The translations under genes and the position numbers were made by a program. This document shows, in pieces, positions 26,678 through 32,000 of a stretch of DNA of 32,000 nucleotides (the stretch's first letter is position 1; every line of letters begins with the position of its first letter). Source of the DNA: Archaeoglobus fulgidus DSM 4304 (GTDB lineage: Archaea; Halobacteriota; Archaeoglobi; Archaeoglobales; Archaeoglobaceae). Where the stretch lies: contig NC_000917.1 in NCBI RefSeq assembly GCF_000008665.1, positions 1,470,001-1,502,000 of the forward strand, in the 5' to 3' direction. The notes under the pieces were generated by a model. That model saw only the letters and a list, made by a program, of their open reading frames with translations. It was not told the origin of the DNA and made no database searches.

Positions 26678-28048
26678 ATGCCTTTAATTAAAACACCGCC
26701 ACCGCACGGCGGAAAACTTGTTGAGAGAGTTGTTAAAAAGAGAGACATTGCTGAAAAAATGATTGCTGGATGCCCAACTTATGAACTGAAGCCCACAACG
26801 CTGCCCGATGGTACACCAATTCGCCACGTTTACAGAGAGATAATGTCCGTCTGTTACGGCTTTTTCAGCCCCGTTGAGGGATCGATGGTGCAGAACGAGC
26901 TTGAGAGAGTTCTTAACGAGAGGAGATTGCTGAGCGAATGGATTTTCCCCTATCCGATTCTCTTCGACATCAGCGAGGAGGACTACAAGGCTCTCGACGT
27001 CAAAGAGGGAGACAGGCTCTTGCTCATGCTTAAAGGTCAGCCCTTTGCAACTCTCGACATCGAGGAAGTTTACAAGATTGACCCCGTAGATGTTGCAACC
27101 CGCACCTTTGGCACTCCGGAAAAGAACCCTGAAGTTGTGAGAGAGCCATTTGACGACAAGCATCCGGGATACGTGATTTACAAGATGCACAATCCAATCA
27201 TTCTTGCAGGAAAGTACACGATTGTGAACGAGCCCAAGTTCAAGGAGCCCTACGACAGGTTCTGGTTCCCACCGTCAAAATGCAGAGAAGTAATTAAGAA
27301 CGAGAAGAAGTGGAGAACGGTCATTGCCCACCAGACGAGAAACGTCCCCCACGTGGGGCATGAGATGCTGATGAAGTGTGCTGCTTACACCGGCGACATC
27401 GAGCCGTGCCACGGAATTCTCGTAAACGCCATCATTGGAGCAAAGAGGAGAGGTGACTATCCGGATGAGGCAATCCTTGAGGGGCATGAGGCTGTAAACA
27501 AGTACGGCTACATCAAGCCTGAGAGGCACATGGTCACCTTCACGCTCTGGGACATGAGGTACGGCAACCCGATTGAGTCGCTGCTGCACGGAGTTATCAG
27601 GCAGAATATGGGATGTACGCACCACATGTTCGGCAGAGACCACGCTGCGGTTGGAGAGTACTACGACATGTACGCGACGCAGATACTCTGGAGCCAGGGC
27701 ATTCCGAGCTTCGGCTTCGAAGCTCCGCCCAATGAGGTGGACTACGGCCTGAAGATTATCCCACAGAACATGGCTGAGTTCTGGTACTGCCCAATCTGCC
27801 AGGAAATCGCCTACAGCGAAAACTGTGGCCACACCGATGCGAAGCAGAAGTTCAGCGGAAGCTTCCTGAGAGGAATGGTTGCCGAGGGAGTCTTCCCGCC
27901 GAGAGTTGTCATGAGGCCTGAGGTTTACAAGCAAATCGTAAAGTGGTGGAAAGTGTACAACTACCCCTTCGTCAACAGAAAGTACCTCGAACTCAAGAAC
28001 AAGGAGCTTGAGATCGACCTCCCGGCGATGGAGGTTCCCAAGGCGTGA
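26678..28048 (+). CDS. sat: Sulfate adenylyltransferase (dissimilatory ATP sulfurylase)
   Basis: 456 aa from ATG 26678; AHQTRNVPHVGHEMLMK and MFGRDHAAVGEYYD nucleotide-binding motifs; cluster with aprBA. Confidence 0.96.
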   Translation: MPLIKTPPPHGGKLVERVVKKRDIAEKMIAGCPTYELKPTTLPDGTPIRHVYREIMSVCYGFFSPVEGSMVQNELERVLNERRLLSEWIFPYPILFDISEEDYKALDVKEGDRLLLMLKGQPFATLDIEEVYKIDPVDVATRTFGTPEKNPEVVREPFDDKHPGYVIYKMHNPIILAGKYTIVNEPKFKEPYDRFWFPPSKCREVIKNEKKWRTVIAHQTRNVPHVGHEMLMKCAAYTGDIEPCHGILVNAIIGAKRRGDYPDEAILEGHEAVNKYGYIKPERHMVTFTLWDMRYGNPIESLLHGVIRQNMGCTHHMFGRDHAAVGEYYDMYATQILWSQGIPSFGFEAPPNEVDYGLKIIPQNMAEFWYCPICQEIAYSENCGHTDAKQKFSGSFLRGMVAEGVFPPRVVMRPEVYKQIVKWWKVYNYPFVNRKYLELKNKELEIDLPAMEVPKA

Positions 28049-28058
28049 GGTGATGGAG

Positions 28059-28406
28059 ATGCCGCACTACATTTCCGTTTTCCTGGATGATGAGAGGTAC
28101 GAGAAAATCAAGGGAACACCGCTTGAGGAGAAAATCACGTACCTCTTTGGTGGCCAGCTTAAATCTCTGATCGTAGAGGTGCCGGAAGAGAAATCAGAGC
28201 AGATTCTCAAGGCCTTTGACAAGGCAAGAATTGACTCAAGGGGCTACATCGAAGATGTACCAGTAGCTTTCAGAAGAGCACTGTTCGAGGAAATTGCAAA
28301 GGCAAAGTCTTTGGATGTCATAGACAAGGTCCTTGAAAGGCTGGATGAGCTGGTGGAGGCAGCAAAGAAGGAGGATGAGTACATACCTCCACCAGATATA
28401 GAGTAA
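28059..28406 (+). CDS. Small hypothetical protein between sat and aprB
   Basis: ORF 28008..28406; ATG 28053/28059 preceded by GAGGTGAT; MPHYISVFLDDERYEKIKGTPLEEKITYLFGGQLKSLIVEVPEEKSEQILKAFDKARIDSRG... Confidence 0.8.
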   Translation: MPHYISVFLDDERYEKIKGTPLEEKITYLFGGQLKSLIVEVPEEKSEQILKAFDKARIDSRGYIEDVPVAFRRALFEEIAKAKSLDVIDKVLERLDELVEAAKKEDEYIPPPDIE

Positions 28407-28411
28407 TTTAA

Positions 28412-28420
28412 TTTTTTTTT
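28412..28420 (+). terminator. Oligo-T tract between the small ORF and aprB (possible archaeal terminator/attenuation site)
   Basis: TTTTTTTTT run directly after the stop codon at 28406. Confidence 0.4.
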
Positions 28421-28454
28421 AGAAAAATGTATGAAAAGGTTGGAGGTGAGTTGA

Positions 28455-28907
28455 ATGCCATCGTTTGTAAACCCGGAAAAGTGTGACGGATGTAAGGCGT
28501 TGGAGAGAACGGCGTGTGAGTACATCTGCCCCAACGACTTGATGACACTCGATAAAGAGAAGATGAAAGCGTACAACAGAGAGCCGGACATGTGCTGGGA
28601 GTGCTACAGCTGTGTTAAGATGTGCCCGCAGGGCGCAATTGACGTGAGAGGCTACGTGGACTACTCCCCGCTTGGCGGAGCCTGTGTGCCAATGAGAGGA
28701 ACCTCAGACATCATGTGGACGGTCAAGTACAGAAACGGAAAGGTTCTGAGGTTCAAGTTCGCCATCAGAACAACCCCGTGGGGCTCAATTCAGCCCTTCG
28801 AGGGATTCCCTGAGCCGACCGAGGAGGCATTGAAGAGCGAACTGCTTGCTGGAGAACCCGAGATTATTGGAACGAGCGAGTTCCCGCAGGTAAAGAAGAA
28901 GGCTTAA
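28455..28907 (+). CDS. aprB: Adenylylsulfate (APS) reductase beta subunit
   Basis: 150 aa; CDGCKALERTACEYICPNDLM and CWECYSCVKMCPQGAIDVRGY double [4Fe-4S] motifs; directly precedes aprA. Confidence 0.96.
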   Translation: MPSFVNPEKCDGCKALERTACEYICPNDLMTLDKEKMKAYNREPDMCWECYSCVKMCPQGAIDVRGYVDYSPLGGACVPMRGTSDIMWTVKYRNGKVLRFKFAIRTTPWGSIQPFEGFPEPTEEALKSELLAGEPEIIGTSEFPQVKKKA

Positions 28908-28923
28908 AGGTGAGGTGGTAGAA

Positions 28924-30855
28924 ATGGTATATTATCCGAAAAAGTATGAGTTGTATAAGGCAGATGAAGTGCCGACAGAGGTTGTGGAGACGGACATCTT
29001 GATTATCGGAGGAGGTTTCTCCGGCTGTGGTGCAGCGTACGAGGCTGCCTACTGGGCAAAGCTTGGCGGTTTGAAGGTTACGCTTGTTGAGAAAGCAGCA
29101 GTTGAGAGAAGCGGAGCTGTTGCCCAGGGTCTTTCAGCCATTAACACATACATCGACCTTACCGGCAGGTCCGAGAGGCAGAACACCCTTGAGGATTACG
29201 TCAGATACGTCACCCTCGACATGATGGGATTGGCGAGAGAGGACCTTGTTGCTGACTACGCAAGGCATGTTGACGGAACGGTCCACCTCTTCGAGAAGTG
29301 GGGACTGCCCATCTGGAAGACTCCCGATGGGAAGTACGTCAGAGAGGGACAGTGGCAGATAATGATTCACGGTGAGAGCTACAAGCCAATCATCGCAGAA
29401 GCTGCGAAGATGGCAGTCGGTGAGGAGAACATCTACGAGAGAGTTTTCATCTTCGAGCTTCTGAAGGACAAGAACGACCCCAACGCTGTGGCCGGAGCCG
29501 TCGGTTTCAGCGTTAGAGAGCCCAAGTTCTACGTGTTCAAGGCGAAAGCCGTCATTCTGGCAACCGGAGGTGCAACACTGCTCTTCAGGCCGAGAAGCAC
29601 TGGCGAAGCAGCAGGAAGGACATGGTATGCAATCTTCGACACTGGCAGCGGTTACTACATGGGCTTGAAGGCCGGAGCGATGCTCACGCAGTTTGAACAC
29701 CGCTTCATACCCTTCAGGTTCAAGGACGGTTACGGCCCAGTTGGAGCATGGTTCCTGTTCTTCAAGTGTAAGGCCAAGAACGCGTATGGAGAGGAGTACA
29801 TCAAGACAAGGGCTGCAGAGCTTGAGAAGTACAAGCCCTACGGTGCAGCCCAGCCAATCCCGACACCGCTGAGAAACCACCAGGTCATGCTCGAAATCAT
29901 GGACGGCAACCAGCCAATCTACATGCACACTGAGGAGGCTCTCGCTGAGCTGGCTGGAGGAGACAAGAAGAAGCTGAAGCACATCTACGAGGAGGCTTTC
30001 GAGGACTTCCTCGACATGACAGTCAGCCAGGCTCTGCTGTGGGCCTGCCAGAACATCGACCCGCAGGAGCAGCCGTCTGAAGCTGCACCGGCTGAGCCCT
30101 ACATCATGGGTTCACACAGCGGTGAGGCAGGTTTCTGGGTATGCGGTCCTGAGGATCTGATGCCGGAGGAGTACGCAAAGCTCTTCCCGCTGAAGTACAA
30201 CAGGATGACCACAGTCAAGGGACTCTTCGCCATCGGTGACTGTGCTGGTGCCAACCCGCACAAGTTCTCCAGCGGTTCGTTCACTGAGGGCAGGATTGCA
30301 GCGAAGGCCGCAGTGAGGTTCATCCTCGAGCAGAAGCCCAACCCAGAAATTGACGATGCGGTCGTTGAGGAACTCAAGAAGAAGGCCTACGCACCGATGG
30401 AGAGGTTCATGCAGTACAAGGACCTCTCAACTGCCGATGACGTCAACCCAGAGTACATCCTGCCGTGGCAGGGTCTTGTCAGGCTGCAGAAGATCATGGA
30501 CGAGTATGCTGCTGGAATTGCAACAATCTACAAGACCAACGAGAAGATGCTGCAGAGAGCTCTTGAGCTGCTCGCCTTCCTGAAGGAGGACCTCGAGAAG
30601 CTCGCTGCAAGAGACCTCCACGAGCTGATGAGAGCATGGGAGCTTGTCCACAGAGTCTGGACTGCTGAGGCACACGTCAGGCACATGCTCTTCAGAAAGG
30701 AAACCAGATGGCCCGGATACTACTACAGAACCGACTACCCAGAGCTCAACGACGAGGAGTGGAAGTGCTTCGTCTGCAGCAAGTACGACGCTGAGAAGGA
30801 CGAGTGGACCTTCGAGAAAGTGCCGTACGTGCAGGTCATCGAGTGGAGCTTCTAA
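28924..30855 (+). CDS. aprA: Adenylylsulfate (APS) reductase alpha subunit
   Basis: ORF 28915..30855, ATG 28924 preceded by GGTGG. ILIIGGGFSGCGAAYEAAYWAKLGGLKVTLVEKAAVERSGAVAQGLSAINTY FAD motif, GGATLLFRPRS. Confidence 0.97.
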   Translation: MVYYPKKYELYKADEVPTEVVETDILIIGGGFSGCGAAYEAAYWAKLGGLKVTLVEKAAVERSGAVAQGLSAINTYIDLTGRSERQNTLEDYVRYVTLDMMGLAREDLVADYARHVDGTVHLFEKWGLPIWKTPDGKYVREGQWQIMIHGESYKPIIAEAAKMAVGEENIYERVFIFELLKDKNDPNAVAGAVGFSVREPKFYVFKAKAVILATGGATLLFRPRSTGEAAGRTWYAIFDTGSGYYMGLKAGAMLTQFEHRFIPFRFKDGYGPVGAWFLFFKCKAKNAYGEEYIKTRAAELEKYKPYGAAQPIPTPLRNHQVMLEIMDGNQPIYMHTEEALAELAGGDKKKLKHIYEEAFEDFLDMTVSQALLWACQNIDPQEQPSEAAPAEPYIMGSHSGEAGFWVCGPEDLMPEEYAKLFPLKYNRMTTVKGLFAIGDCAGANPHKFSSGSFTEGRIAAKAAVRFILEQKPNPEIDDAVVEELKKKAYAPMERFMQYKDLSTADDVNPEYILPWQGLVRLQKIMDEYAAGIATIYKTNEKMLQRALELLAFLKEDLEKLAARDLHELMRAWELVHRVWTAEAHVRHMLFRKETRWPGYYYRTDYPELNDEEWKCFVCSKYDAEKDEWTFEKVPYVQVIEWSF

Positions 30856-30865
30856 AGCTCTAAAA

Positions 30866-30878
30866 TTTTTCTTTTTTC
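30866..30878 (+). terminator. Oligo-T terminator after aprA
   Basis: ATTTTTCTTTTTTCT immediately after the aprA stop codon. Confidence 0.55.
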
Positions 30879-30919
30879 TAAATCTAAAAGTTTTTATTGC
30901 ATTGCCTTAACTCTGCATC

Positions 30920-32000
30920 ATGTACTGGAACCCTGCCATTGAGAGGCTAAATGCCAAGGAGCTTGAGGAGATACAGGAGCGCAAGCTCAAGGCCTTGGTA
31001 AGCACAGTCTATCAGTATTCCCCCTTCTATCGCCAGAGGTTCAGGGAGGCTGGAGTAACACCTGACGACATCAAAAGTCTGAACGATTTGCCCAAGCTGC
31101 CCTTCACGAAGAAGCAGGATTTGAGGGACACCTATCCCTTCGGAATGTTCTGCGTTCCGCTATCTCAGGTTGTGAGATTTCACGCTTCAAGCGGAACAAC
31201 TGGCAAGCCAACGGTTGTGGGGTACACTGCCAACGACATTCGCAACTGGGTTGAGAGCCTTTGCAGGGCTCTTGTTAGCTGCGGTGTGAGCAGCGACGAC
31301 ATAATGCAGATTGCCTACGGTTATGGGCTCTTCACAGGCGGTTTGGGCTTTCACTACGCTGCGGAAAGGCTTGGTGCTACTGTTTTGCCAATCTCAGCCG
31401 GAAACACTGCAAGGCAGATTGAGCTGATGAAGGATTTGGGCAGCACGGTTATGGCGTGCACGCCCTCTTACATGATTTACCTCGCTGAGTATGCGTCGCA
31501 GATGGGTGTTGACATCGCCGAGGACACGAATCTGAGGGCTGGGATTTTTGGAGCGGAGCCGTGGAGTGAGGAGACGAGAAAGAGGATTGAGGATAAGACC
31601 GGAATTACCGCATACGATGTTTACGGCACATCAGAGCTAAGTGGCCCCCTGTTCACGGAATGCACTGAGAGGCAGGGGCTGCACATCTGGGCTGACATGT
31701 TCCTGATAGAGATAATCGACCCCAAGACAGGGGAGCAGGTTGGTGAGGGAGAGAAGGGAGAGCTTGTTGTTACAACGCTAACGAAGGAGGCTTTACCGCT
31801 GATAAGGTGGAGGACTGGGGACATAACCTACATGGAGACCGACAAGTGCGCTTGCGGGAGAACTCATCCGAGGATAATGCGCATCCTTGGAAGAGCGGAC
31901 GACATGCTGATTATAAGAGGTGTCAACGTCTTCCCGAGCCAGATTGAGCACGTCCTTATGCAGATTCCGGAAGTGGGGGAGCACTACATGATAATCGTTG
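30920..32000 (+). CDS. Phenylacetate-CoA ligase / coenzyme F390 synthetase-like AMP-forming enzyme, truncated at the window end
   Basis: [65 protein letters not shown]; open to 32000. Confidence 0.88.
   Translation, partial: MYWNPAIERLNAKELEEIQERKLKALVSTVYQYSPFYRQRFREAGVTPDDIKSLNDLPKLPFTKKQDLRDTYPFGMFCVPLSQVVRFHASSGTTGKPTVVGYTANDIRNWVESLCRALVSCGVSSDDIMQIAYGYGLFTGGLGFHYAAERLGATVLPISAGNTARQIELMKDLGSTVMACTPSYMIYLAEYASQMGVDIAEDTNLRAGIFGAEPWSEETRKRIEDKTGITAYDVYGTSELSGPLFTECTERQGLHIWADMFLIEIIDPKTGEQVGEGEKGELVVTTLTKEALPLIRWRTGDITYMETDKCACGRTHPRIMRILGRADDMLIIRGVNVFPSQIEHVLMQIPEVGEHYMIIV

Noticed and set aside
27275-27934. 219 aa ORF antisense to sat
   Set aside because: Shadow ORF of a conserved gene with no recognisable motif or plausible ribosome-binding site.
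29134-29982. 282 aa ORF antisense to aprA
   Set aside because: Fully inside a strongly supported conserved gene; low-complexity, domain-free product expected from codon bias on the opposite strand.

Overview
Gene-dense archaeal chromosomal window, gene order and proteins typical of Archaeoglobus (sat, aprB, aprA, fwd genes, class II RNR; organism call comes from recognition, not from a search). Left part (1-12 kb): PAS histidine kinase, rubrerythrin, enoyl-CoA hydratase family protein, hisS, an archaeal UbiD-family decarboxylase, an unusual polyferredoxin, coaBC, pantoate kinase, nitrilase-family hydrolase, UbiA-family prenyltransferase, fwdG/fwdB/fwdD. Centre (12-22 kb, minus strand): the most interesting region. 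It is an operon-like locus with five secreted paralogues carrying SipW-type N-termini (TLAYFSDTE-like), three of which share a C-terminal (N)EYQGD motif. Also present are two different S26B-type signal peptidases, a membrane protein resembling DUF5305, and a very large multidomain subtilisin split by a -1 frame change at a perfect G_GGG_GGA slippery heptamer. The locus resembles a TasA/camelysin-like (archaeal bundling pilus-like) surface fibre system with dedicated processing enzymes. Two small winged-helix-like regulators lie just upstream. Right part (22-32 kb): adenosylcobalamin-type ribonucleotide reductase, alanine dehydrogenase/ornithine cyclodeaminase family protein, Dph6-like ATPase, sat, a small conserved-looking linker ORF, aprB, aprA, and the start of a phenylacetate-CoA ligase/F390 synthetase-like gene. 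An AT-rich region with repeated TTCGAAA(A)CC motifs precedes sat. No CRISPR, tRNA, rRNA or transposase was seen.
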